A DNA stretch of 64,000 nucleotides, taken from Oculina patagonica (taxonomy: Eukaryota). A program made the position numbers and the translations under genes. Positions 52,889 to 64,000 of the stretch are shown here, piece by piece. The stretch lies in assembly GCF_052425735.1 (NCBI RefSeq), contig NC_135758.1, forward strand, positions 19,096,001-19,160,000, given 5' to 3'. The stretch's first letter is position 1, and each line of letters opens with the position of its first letter. The notes below the pieces were generated by a model, which worked only from the letters and a program-made list of their open reading frames with translations, made no database searches and had not been told where the DNA came from.

Positions 52889-52949
52889 GTAAGTTTTAAT
52901 GTTCGTTTTATTTTGTGGATATTTTGTGAGCGGCAGTCGGAGTCTTTAA

Positions 52950-53871
52950 GGACGGTGCCTACTAATAACAAAGTATTTTTGCCCGGCCGATGACTATACA
53001 AGAAATGTAGATGTTACCAAGGGCTACTAAAATTCAAAAAGAAAATTGGGGGTAGCCACGCAAATTTTCGAGATAATTAGGTTTGAAATCTGGAAAAAAG
53101 TGCTGACGTGGCATTTTAAAATAAAGTAGAACTAAATACAATTTTCTTGCAAATTCCATTTGAAATTGGTTTTTCATGAACAAAATCAACATTAAATATA
53201 ACAATCTTTACAATAACTAACAAATAATGTCTTCGGAACTGCGTGATCCACGTTTTTATTAACAAAATAATTGCGTTTGCGCCATCATGGCCATTTTGTT
53301 TCTAGCACCTCTCACTTGCACGGCCAGAAAATCGGCCTAAATTTTTTTTTTCACTTAATGAAAAATTAAACATGTGCTCTATAGACTTACCACTTACATT
53401 TTATAAAATAAAAAGTAGGGGTCACCACGCGTTTTTAAAAGTTATACCAGTTGTTTTCAGGTTGTGTTTCAGGTTCGCTTTTGGGGTCTGTTACATTTTT
53501 CCTATCCCCTCCCTAGCGAGTTAAATACTGCATCTCGCGCGTGCACTACGTCATTTGTCACGGTTAGCAGTTTGCGGGTAACGTTTTAGCGCTTAGCGAT
53601 TTGTTTTTAACTGTTAATGTGAGCCATTTTCAGTGGTTAGCGGTCAATGGTTACTGATATGTTGCTTTTCCGCTGTTCCTGGCTTAGAATATGTCCATAA
53701 ACTGGATTTCGTCGCAGAGAAAACTTTCTTGATTTTTAGTCGCGCGCTTGTTCGCGTAGTTGAATTCGTCATTTTGAGCGAGCAAATTAATTAAAAGCGC
53801 GCGCGCCCAGTGTGATCGATGCATTCGTGATGCGCAGAACAAGTGCGCAGTAGCAATAGGAGGCACCGTCC
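52950..53871. mobile_element. Non-autonomous DNA transposon with TTAA target duplication (Kolobok-like)
   Basis: TTAA-GGACGGTGCCT...AGGCACCGTCC-TTAA. Absent from the paralogous intron at ~59170. Confidence 0.75.
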
Positions 53872-54165
53872 TTAAAAGCTTTGATAGTTACTTCGCTTAT
53901 CATCATTTCCTTTTCCCTACTGACTGAGAAATAGAGCCTTTAAGGCTGGTTTTCATCATAATATAATCGCCCCGATCGTTTCTATCGCCTTTGTCACTTT
54001 AAAAGGTTTTTTTGCGATCGGGGCAATTATTTGAGAACAATACACAGGCGATCACTGATGTCTGCAGCGATTGGGGTGATCACGATCGCTTGGATCGCCC
54101 TTGTGCTATCCTCCAATAGCTTCTCTTTCCCTTTTTTCGCCGTAAAACAGCAATAACTGAGAAGT

Positions 54166-54450
54166 TAGAGCGGTTTTCAATTGAGTGTCGTAAAACCAAA
54201 ACCAAAGTAATTACTCTGGTCAATCACAAAGGAAACAGACAATCCAGTGAACCAATTAAAACTCGAAGCAAATACATGTAGCTGGCACGAAGCGCGGGAA
54301 AACGTGCGCGAGCGAGTCACGATTGGTTTTGGTTTTAGTTCTGATTGGCTGAGAAAGTGGCGCGAGATTTTTAAGCCAATCACTGAGCGTAGTAATGCAA
54401 AACCAAAGCAAACGCAATTTACTTTCGACACTCAAGTGAAAACCGCTCTA
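54166..54450. mobile_element. MITE
   Basis: TIR TAGAGCGGTTTTCA.TTGAGTGTCG / CGACACTCAAGTGAAAACCGCTCTA. Confidence 0.75.
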
Positions 54451-55151
54451 GGAGGCCACGAGATTTGCTCTTTCATTGAAGGCTCCCACTGCGTTGGATC
54501 TAGGATTAAAATGATTGTTTTTCGTGGGTCTTCGCTCATACCAGGCGATCGGGACGATCATTTTTAGAACCCCCGATCGCTTCCATCAGTGCTTCGACCT
54601 CCTAGTCATCCATATTAACCATTGCAGTAGTTAACGGTCTGCCCCCTTAAGAAGAGCCTTTACGGTATTTATTTGTGATTCTGAGAAATCAGGAAAGTTT
54701 TCCTGGTCATCAAGACATGCGAATTACTGTTTTGACATTTATCCCCTGTTAAATAATTGCCATTGTTAAAATGGTTCCAGTTTTTGGATTTTCACAGTAA
54801 AACATTCTGTTTAATTTTAAACGTTCTAAAAATAACTTAAATAACCAACTAACCAAATAACCACAAATTTGAAAATAAGCGCGCTAGTAACGCTTGAATT
54901 TATACAACGACTTCTTAACAGGCTTTTTTTCGGAAAAAGGACTATTTTCTAGGGACTTGATAACGGAAAGAACATCTAATGTCCACCTCTTATTAGCGTT
55001 CTAAGCCGAAAAGTAGTATGAAAGACAGATGAAAAGTCATTCAGAATTACGATTTTACAAGTTTATTTCTTCGATTATAACGTCATTACATCGAATCACA
55101 GTTAAGTATTCGTTATAGTGTGTCCAGTTAAGGTGACGCTGGCCTGACTAG

Positions 55152-56809
55152 TTACCAGTCCCAATCACTGTAGGAAGTGGCATGCTTCCCAAAGGTGTAA
55201 GAGGCTGTTGGCATTTGATTGCCGGGGTCTTTCATCGGCTCAGCCAATGAGAAGGCAGCTGGTAAGGCCCGCATCTCGGCAGCGCAGGACAGCGGGACTG
55301 AAAATAAACAATGCGATGAAAAGATTGATAAGAACTTTCCAGATTTAGGGCTGGCTCGAATGACTCTCATAACAGCCAAACTAAACTGGCTACAAGCCAA
55401 ATCAAAACGCAAAAGCAAAGTCCAAACGCTTGAACAGAAAAAAGCTTCAGTTAGGAGGAAAAGACAGTTAGAAATCAAATGCAAGAACTTTATTTAATAA
55501 AATTTTCGTTGCCAAATGCTATTTTACATCTCCAAATCTCTGTAATTACCGGTAAGCGAGAGAAAGTCAAACTGCTTTCGAAAGCATCTTTTAGAGAACG
55601 CCAAAGCATAGTTAGTAGTCCCCTCTACTATGGCCATAGGCGTACGAGGCGGGAGGGGGGGGGGGGCTGCAGCCCCCCCAGCGCCAAAATTTTTCGGGCA
55701 AAATGCTCGGAATTCGGGCAACAAGCCTAGAGAAAAAATAGAAAATAAGCCGACAAATCTATGACGTTCAAAACGAATTACATCAACAGAAATATTTATT
55801 GGAAATATAACTTTGTAGTCTTGATTTCTCATGTATGTTTTCGTTTCCTCTCGCAAACTGCTTTAATCCCCTACGATTTTTCTCGCAATTTTTGTGTTAC
55901 CCCACAGTTTGATTCAGTTACAATCATTTTGAAGTAAGAAGGATATTGGCAAGGTTGGCCAGAAGTTAGGATTCTCCATAGCTTGATCGTTTGCGCGCGG
56001 TGAATCCAGCCCTTTGAAACAGACCTTGAAACAAAGCTGTTTTAAAGATGTGATAAAGCTAGTGCTTTGACTCAAAATAAATGCTTAGTCGTAAGGGCTA
56101 GCTCAAAACTTTCAACGAAATGTTTTAACCCATTTACCTGACACGCTTTATCATATCTTGAGTTAGGGAATGCAAATTGCTGCCCGAAAATACGTTAATT
56201 TTTGCTAAACTCAGAAGTGGATAATAATATATTTCAGAATAAAAAATATACAGTGCATTGACATCACAACGAGACCTTATAAAAAAGCTTTCGTTTCCTA
56301 AAAGCAAGCAGGAAAGTTGAGGTTTGTACACAACTATTTCAATGTACGTTTCGTTGCCCATTTTAAATGCCTTTTTATTCGGCTTTCAATGCATGTAATT
56401 TTTTTTCGGGCAATTTGGTCTCCGCCCCCCCAGGTCCAAAGGTGCCCGTACGCCTATGACTATGGCCAAAGTGGGAAATTAATCTGATAAAACAGCGACG
56501 TTTTTAAAATGAGGGATTAGATGTGTTACTCAATCAGTGGATTTTGAACTCACACCTGCAAAAACAATATAGCTAATTGCATTTCAAAGAATTCGCATGT
56601 TCACTTCTGGGAAGACATGTCGTTGTTCTGATAAAAAGATAGTATCTTTAGGCACTATTTTGGTTTGGTCGTGGTAAAAATCTGTCCAAAGTACTGCATT
56701 TAGTTTGCTGTGTTAAACAAATTAGAACAAAATAATGATTCTTTCTCATACCTGAAGGTTTTTCCTTCGGACCATCGCGTTTCTCAGGGACAGACTTGAT
56801 AGCTTCCAT
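55152..56809 (-). CDS. Putative precursor C, complement(join(55152..55297,56752..56809)): MEAIKSVPEKRDGPKEKPSVPLSCAAEMRALPAAFSLAEPMKDPGNQMPTASYTFGKHATSYSDWDW (67 aa)
   Basis: Same exon structure and splice phase as A, B and D. Confidence 0.82.
55635..56458. mobile_element. Non-autonomous hAT-like element in the precursor C intron
   Basis: TIR CATAGGCGTACG / CGTACGCCTATG with a perfect 8-bp TSD ACTATGGC (55627-55634, 56459-56466). Confidence 0.85.
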
Positions 56810-58950
56810 CTACCAAACAAAAATAATGCTCTCGTTAATATGCATAAACGAAGTATTTTTAAACCTAAATACCTGCGGAAAGCATACAAAACACAGCGAA
56901 CAGAGACAAAGCCTAACTTACCTTGTTTTTACTTGGTTTTTACTTCGGAGACTTCAGGGGTAAAAGTATTCCTTTTCACCTCGGTATTTCTCGTCAGAAT
57001 ATAAACACACCCACAGTTGTTCGTGGTTATCTGATTGGTCGATTTTTTCCCTCGTGACAGGAACTTGTAATTAATATCATATTTGTTCTTTGGGATTTTA
57101 CCCAGATATGCGGTTTTCATTTTCGCCTCAACTCCTCGTTTATTTGATACAATGCGCCTGTGTGTTACAGTGTTGACAATTTTCTCTGTGACTGCAACGC
57201 ATCATCGCTATAAAAACCCCGACCACTAAACATGCTAAACAGCCAGTAAAACGAAATGTGTCTAATTATTGATCAGATTACACGTGGTCGTTCCAGCATC
57301 GATACAGGTTTCGTTCCAGCCTGAATACTTTTAAAAACAACAAGAACTGCAAGCAGTTTATAATCGTGCGGGTAATGTTTGACCACCTGACCTCTTTCAG
57401 TGCTTTGGCTTAAAGGCATGGCGCCGCACAGTAAAATCATTAGAAAAGCAGTCACTTGAGAAACACACAAGTCGTGTTTGCGTTAGTCACGGAGTGAACG
57501 TGACATGAATTTCCTTTACCACATCATCTTTTGCTTTTTAAAACCACATGCCTAGCCGGAAAAATGCCTGCTTACGCATGCAAATATTTATTTTGTTCCG
57601 AATGTTCAATAAAATAAACCCAAACCAGTTCATTTAAAAGAAAGCCAAATCACGTCAAAATAAAGAGTAGACTAAGGCCATCCCATTGTGTTTCTCCGTT
57701 GAGCGTCTTTCGACAAGCTTTTGGTAATTCCCCTGGCGCGATGACGTGTATCCCGTGCTTTGACACATTCTTGCTGAGCTTGCAACTTACGTTTCGATTC
57801 TCAAAATACCGTAAACTCGATCAAAACAAAAATTGGGATATCCAGAAAATAAGTCGTCGTTTTGCAATATTTACACGTTCCGGGTAAATTGTACGACTTG
57901 TACTCGCTCCGAGCCAAACGCTTGAGTAACACAACAATAAATATTTCACACAAACAGAGCGCAGAGTATTCAAACAGAAAATAGGTGAATGATTATTTAT
58001 AGCTACAAGTGAGAGATCGCGTGACATGGGTCTGACGTAGTGGTAGTTTTAAATAGCTTGGACATGTCCAAGCGGTCTTTGTTTTCGCTATGTGATTATA
58101 TTCAACCCTCTCTTCTTGTAAAATATGGAATGGAACAAAATTATACATTTCAGAGAGCAGAGTGTTCATGTTAAACGCGAGTGATCGGCTGATTGCTATT
58201 AAATATTATATCTTGCGTGACTGTTACAGAAGAGCCGGCTGGGCCGCGTGGGTCTGGATCGATTTACCGACAAAACAAAAAAATCTGACACAGATTATGA
58301 ATCGGGACCAGGCCCCGCCCGATTAACAATAAAACACTCAGACATCGGACATTCTTGGAAATGACCTGCCACAACAAAAACATTAAGCAGTATACGAGGA
58401 AAAAACAGCACCCCATTATTTTTGCTTTCCTGACTTTTCTTCGAAGAAAAGGATGCAGAATAAGTATAAGATTTGATAATTATACTGGTATAATTGAGTG
58501 AGATAGTCATAATAGCTCGGGCATCTAAATTTCTTATAAATTACCTCAATTGTTATTTCAGCCTTGTTGATGTTGTTGCTAGGTAAAGTACCCGAGGCTC
58601 TGCTTGTTCAAACTGAACGGATTGCACCTTGTTAGTCACTGGAGATGATTTGTAATTTTTCTTTTCACCAAACACTCGGACTCTGATATTCTACTGAGAT
58701 AATTCCAAAGATAACACTCGTACACAGATCGAGATGTCACGTGTTACTTGCGTGACTTCCATAGAAAACCGGAAAACATTGTTCTCAGAAAAAGGGAAAT
58801 TTTCTATTCAATATAATTCAACTCGTGACGTGTGATTGGCATGCTTCTTAGTGAGTCAGATGATAATTTTCAGTTTCGATCTAGAATTGCAAAGCTTGTG
58901 AGTTATCTTGATTCAAAGCTGCACAGTTTTCAAGCGAAAGCGTGGACGCA

Positions 58951-59886
58951 ATGGTCTCACTGGTTTCATCATTCTTTTGCTTGTTAGCCCTGTGTATTTT
59001 ACTAGTCGTCGTCGTTTTATTTTACACAAAAACATGGAAAATGCTAATCAGCTGGCCGCTAAACAGATTAATTGATCTTTTCTACCACCGAATAACAAGC
59101 GATAAAGATCGACCCGGTAAGTTTTAATGTTCGTTTTATTTTGTGGACATTTTGTAGTCGGCAGTCGGAGTTTTAAAAAAGCGTTGCTAGTTACTTCGCT
59201 TATCATAATTTCCTTTTTACTACTGACTACTGGGAAATAGAGCCTTCATTTCGCTGATGAGCGTGGCTTATTTTTGTTAATTATTTTCAGCGGTGTTCCA
59301 GAACCATGTTCAATTGTTTCCATGGCTGAGCCAGCTGGAAGCTAACTGGGAAGCGATTCGAGATGAGTTGTTGTCCTTCGTTGAAAAAGGCACCGGACTG
59401 TGCAACGTCCATACTACAGGCGGAGGTGAGCTTAACAAAGAAAGCAAATGGAAGCTGGCGATGGTTTTTGGTTATGGCAAACCCATAGACGAAGTGAAAA
59501 GCTCGTTTCCCTTGACTCTGTCGATTTTGACAAAGCTTCCCGAAGTTCAAAACGCTGCATTCTCGCTTCTTAAAGCAGGTGGGTCCATTCCCCCGCATGT
59601 TGGCTCGACCGCGTCTATTCTCCGCTACCACCTGGCGCTAATTGTCCCGGATAATGGCAAGCACTCGTGGCTTACAGTGGCTGGCGTCAACATACCGTGG
59701 GGAGAGGGGAAAGGGATCTTGTTCGACGATACGTTTGAGCATTCTGCTCGAAATGGCGCAGAAAAAGATCGTGTTGTGTTGATTGTGGACATTTTCAGAC
59801 CCAATCTTGGACTAGTTGATGGATTGATTCAGAAAATGGAAGTGTGGAAACGTACGCAAGATTTTATTGCTGGCAGGCAAGGATAA
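58951..59886 (+). CDS. Aspartyl/asparaginyl beta-hydroxylase-domain 2OG-Fe(II) dioxygenase with N-terminal membrane anchor, join(58951..59116,59291..59886), ~253 aa
   Basis: FPWL..LEANWEAIRDEL, AAFSLLKAGGSIPPHVG, LRYHLAL, WGEGKGILFDDTFEHSARN, DRVVLIVDIFRP. Phase-1 intron CCC G|gtaag...ttcag|CG. Exon 1 is hydrophobic. Confidence 0.88.
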
Positions 59887-59939
59887 AGGACATGGTTGAA
59901 TTTTTCTGATCCGTCTACCCAGTGTTTTAAAGTTTTCTC

Positions 59940-60362
59940 CCGGGGGGGGGGGGGGTACTCCATATAACGGCCTATACGGGGAGGCTCCGCCCGAAAGGGG
60001 TACCTTTTTCAGGCTTCAGGTATATAAAAGGGTAGCGATTTCACAAGTTTAGGTATATGAAAGGGTATGAAAATCCGTCATTTAGGTTTTTTAAAAGGCC
60101 TGTAATTAAAATATTTCGAACAGGCCCACTTTATGGCTGTATTATTTTAATTTATTAAGCGCTTCAAAAAAATGACAAGAAAATGTCCTGTTCTAAGGCT
60201 ATGTCACGTCTTTTAGGTATATGAAAGGGGTACTTTTTTTCAATAAAAGGTATACGAAAGGGGTACAATTTCTGTCAAAATGGTATATAAAAGGGTAAGG
60301 GGTAAGAGCTTGGGGCGGAGCCTCCCCGTATAAAACTTTTTTGAGTGCCCCCCCCCCCCCGG
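59940..60362. mobile_element. MITE-like repeat, same family as 9010-9423
   Basis: Reverse-complement match including TACGGGGAGGCTCCGCCCGAAAGGGGTACCTTTTTCAGGCTTCAGG. Confidence 0.75.
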
Positions 60363-60899
60363 AGTTTTCTTTGCTTGTATTAAGTCAGTTGGGAAAATAA
60401 ACCATGTAAACGGAGAATATGCGTTCAGTTTTCAATCATTGATAGTTCTCAAGTTCGTAATGCATGAAGCTGTCTCGTTATATTGTTTCGTAAGAAGAGA
60501 ACTGATTGTTCAGATAAAGGAACTCTCGAAGACTATTCTCCGCTATCTGACTGACTTTGCTCTAGGTTTTTGTTTGAATTTATTTTTCTGTTTCTGTGTT
60601 AAATTTTAGGTTGAGGTGACGTAGCATAGTGCTCAGTTTTCTTTAATCACGTCTAGTAAGTAGTTCCTGTACCGAACTATCGCATTGTCATTTTTGGGGC
60701 GAGAGGGGTCATATAAAAAAATAGGATTTACAAAGGGGGGCAAGATAAAAATATCTGATGACGAAGGAGGGCAAATGCATTTTTCAGGCACCGTCGATCA
60801 AATTCCACCCCCATCCCATACAAAATAAACGGTCACTTTATTTAGGCAATAGGGAATAATGATAATCATATCTCCGCGCAACCATGTATTATCCTCTAT

Positions 60900-61520
60900 T
60901 TAGAAATTAAGGAGTACACGGCAGTTACAGAGCTTTCAATGTTCTAAAGAGCAAAATATTTAATAAAATAAAAATCCAGGTGTATAATTGAATTATTTAT
61001 AAACGATTCTAAGAAAAAAGGGAAGTTCCCTTTATTACAGTATCACATAAAACAGACACGCAAATGCGTGTCTTGACATTGATCTACCGAAAATTAATCT
61101 CCAATGATATTTTTGAATTTGTCTCAATCGTTTACTTTCATTTTCCACGGAAAAGAATATAAATAACTTACTTTTCCAATGATGAAACCAAACTAACCAG
61201 GGCCAATTTTATAATTATCCACCAGAAATTTAGGTGAACACGGCAGTTGCAGAGCTTTTGACGTTCTAAAGAGCAAAATATTTTATGGAACAAAGATCCG
61301 GGTGTAGGATTGAATTATTCATAAACGATTCTGAGAAAAAAGGGGACTTTCCTTTTTTTATCACAGACATGCAAATTCGTGTATTGATATTGATCTACCG
61401 AAAATTAATCTCCAATGTTGTTTTTGGATTTTTCTTAATCGTTCACTTTCATTTTCGACTGAAAAAATATTAATAACTAACTTGTCAATAAAAAAACCAA
61501 ACTAACCAGGGCCAATTTTA
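60900..61520. repeat. ~320-bp tandem duplication; also homologous to ~40380-40570 downstream of precursor A
   Basis: Units CACGGCAGTT.CAGAGCTTT..GTTCTAAAGAGCAAAATATT...AACCAAACTAACCAGGGCCAATTTTA repeated twice. Confidence 0.75.
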
Positions 61521-61893
61521 AAAAACCTTAAAAAGTCTAAACTAAATATATGGGTTACATTCCTCGAAAAAAGGTGAAAAAGTCATAAGATTATTTTCCG
61601 GGAGTTAATGGAGGGGATTTTTCTTTTTTAAACGGTCTGGCTTATGTTTGAAAATAATTTTTTTCTAAAAGAAGTTTAGGTATACCAAATGCCGCCCGAA
61701 ATGTTTCATTGTGGCTATTGCGACTAATCATGAAACTAAACGCGTGCAATTTTGCGGGCAACGAGAGGTGAAGAGACATTCACGTTTATGATTTAACTAT
61801 TTTATTGCATGGATTATAATGTCATTTCAGTACAGCTAACTCTTTTCAGTATCTCCAGTCACTATGATGCTAAGAGACATGTGGCTGGTGAAG

Positions 61894-62842
61894 TTATGCG
61901 TCCCGATCACCGAAGGAGTTGGCATGACATATATCTGTGTAAGTGTTCGTCGGAGGCATCTGTTTACCAAAGTCGATCGGCTCAGCCAAATAGAAGGCAG
62001 CTGGTAAGGCCCGCATCTCGGCAGCCAAATAGAAGGCAGCTGGTAAGGCCCGCATCTCGGCAGCACAGGACAGCGGAACTGCAAACAAACAATATAGAGA
62101 TATGTATACTGGCTAAATAGAAAGCTGGAATGAATGGTGCGACTAGTTATAACAGCCAAACGCTTCCCCAAAGAAGAATGGAACTTGAACCGACCCATAA
62201 ACACGCGCACATGAAGTCAGAACAAACAATAAACACGGGCCTTACGTGCACCCATGCACGAAGAGGAGTAAGTAAGTAAGTACATCAACAAATAATAAAG
62301 GCAGTTAGCAACTAAAGGTGACTTTATTTTTTCTTTACCAAATGCTATTTTACATATCTAAATCGCTATAACTGCTATAAATCTTGCAGCGAAAAAATCT
62401 GCTTACATGAGTATCTTTTGGAGAATCTGCTTACTGAAGCATCTTTTAGAAAACTTGATCACTGAAAATTCTCTTTGAGAATACCTAAACTGAACTGAAA
62501 GCCTTTAAGGGGAACATTAATACGACGAAACAGCGTCGTAAAATGTAAGATAAAATAGGTTTCTCTGTTCGTGAGTTTCAGAGCTCACTCCTGTAAACAA
62601 AATATCTAATTCGATTTCAAGGAATTGGCAGGTTTAGTTCTGGGAAAGGATGTCGTTGTTTTCATGAAATATGTTAAATTTTAGGCACTATTTTGGTTTG
62701 ATCGTGCAAAAGATCTCCCAAGAACACTGCAATGAATTTTCTGTGTTAAAGAATTCGAACAAAATAATGAGTTTTTTTTTATACCTGAAGGTTTTTCCTT
62801 TGGACCATCGCGTTTCTCAGGGACAGACTTGATAGCTTCCAT
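61894..62842 (-). CDS. Putative precursor D, complement(join(61894..62078,62785..62842)): MEAIKSVPEKRDGPKEKPSVPLSCAAEMRALPAAFYLAAEMRALPAAFYLAEPIDFGKQMPPTNTYTDICHANSFGDRDA (80 aa)
   Basis: Same structure as the other copies, with an in-frame 39-bp tandem duplication in the leader. Confidence 0.8.
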
Positions 62843-63893
62843 CTACGAAACAAAACGCGCCCGTTAAACAGATTAAGCATCTGCTATAAACGCAACATTT
62901 TTACTCTCACAACGACTAAAAAGAGATAAAACCTTCCCTTACCTTGCTCTTGGTCGATTTTTTCTTCGAAGACTTCTAAGCTTTTCGTTCAATTGTTTAC
63001 CGTGAAATTTCTCGTCAGTGCACGCCACCACCTCGGACTGCGTGATATCATCAAGTCGAAGGGCTCTGATTGGTCACAGTTTTACCTCGTGACAGGAACT
63101 TATCACAAACGTCACTATTGTTTCCCCTAATTGGGTTTTTACCCTAACCTGTTTTCGTTTTCGCCGCAAACCCTGAGTCATTGAATGCGCCCGCGCGTTA
63201 CATTGTTGACAATTTTCTCTGTGACATCGCTATTTTTAGACCGACCACTTCAGACCCATGCAGGCTACCATTAAATATGTTGAATTATTGTTTACAGCAT
63301 CAAAACAAGTTCGTTCCAGCCTGAATACTGAGAGAACAATAAAACACTCAGACATTCTTGGAAATACTTGCACAACAAAGAAACAAACAACTTTTGACTT
63401 TTATTAGAAATTAAGGATGCAGTGAAGGTCTAAGAGCCCATAATAAAAAGGTTGTGTGATGTGACCGATATATGAGTAAACTGATTGGTTATCTAAATTT
63501 TTCATAAATAACTGTACTATAAAATAAATATATGGCTTAAATTCCCAGAAAAAAAGCGAAAAAATGCTAAGATATTTTCTCCGGGTGCTTATGGTGGGGA
63601 GATTTTCGTTTTTGAATGGTCGGGCTTATATTTGGAAGGAATGTTTTCTAAAAGATGTTGAGGTGTAACAAATGTGGCGCGGAATACTTAAGTGTGGCTA
63701 TTGCGACTGATCATGAAACCAAACGCGCGCAATTTTGCAGGCTACGAGAGATGAAGAGACATTCACGTTTGCGATTAATATTTAACAATTTTATTTTATG
63801 GATTATCATGTCACGTCATTACAGTACAGCTATTTTTTTCAGTGTGCCCAGTCACAGTGAACAGCGATGCTGGCAGATATATCGCTGGTGAAG

Positions 63894-64000
63894 TTAATAG
63901 TCCCAATCACTGTAGGAAGTGGCATGCTTCCCAAAGGTGTAAGAGGCTGTTGGCATCTGATTACCAGGGTCCTTGATCGACTCAGCCAATGAGAAGGCAG
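63894..64000 (-). CDS. Putative precursor E, partial terminal exon: ...AFSLAESIKDPGNQMPTASYTFGKHATSYSDWDY*
   Basis: Open frame nearly identical to precursor C, truncated by the window edge. Confidence 0.78.
   Translation of the reverse strand, partial: AFSLAESIKDPGNQMPTASYTFGKHATSYSDWDY

Noticed and set aside
40615-62842. Precursors as classical neuropeptide or toxin prepropeptides (KR dibasic site present)
   Set aside because: No N-terminal signal peptide and no amidation motif. Adjacency to the ATP-grasp ligase fits a RiPP better, although KR could still be a cleavage site.

Overview
AT-rich, intron-containing animal genomic DNA. The SINE/MITE landscape looks cnidarian (stony-coral-like); this is inferred, not proven. 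The left ~35 kb holds ordinary metazoan genes: AMACR, CHSY1, a multi-pass membrane ORF, and a PTTG1IP/ARMC6 head-to-head pair. An apparently intact ISL2EU-type DNA transposon sits in AMACR intron 1. The right ~28 kb (36.1-64 kb) looks like a graspetide (omega-ester, microviridin-like) RiPP biosynthetic gene cluster in an animal genome. It contains a two-exon MvdC/MvdD-like ATP-grasp ligase (45244-46661) and at least six spliced, tandemly duplicated short precursor-peptide genes, which the ORF track shows only as fragments or not at all. The precursors share a near-invariant leader (MEAIKSVPEKRDGPKEKPS-VPLSCAAEMRALPAAF[S/Y]LAEP) and have variable C-terminal cores of the form T-x-[T/S]-Y-T-x5-6-S-[F/Y]-[G/S]-D-x-D-x. 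The region also has an Asp/Asn beta-hydroxylase-like 2OG-Fe(II) enzyme, a pseudogenised exon of it, and a berberine-bridge-like FAD oxidase. The array runs off the right end of the window. Exon boundaries were derived by eye from GT-AG sites and reading-frame continuity.
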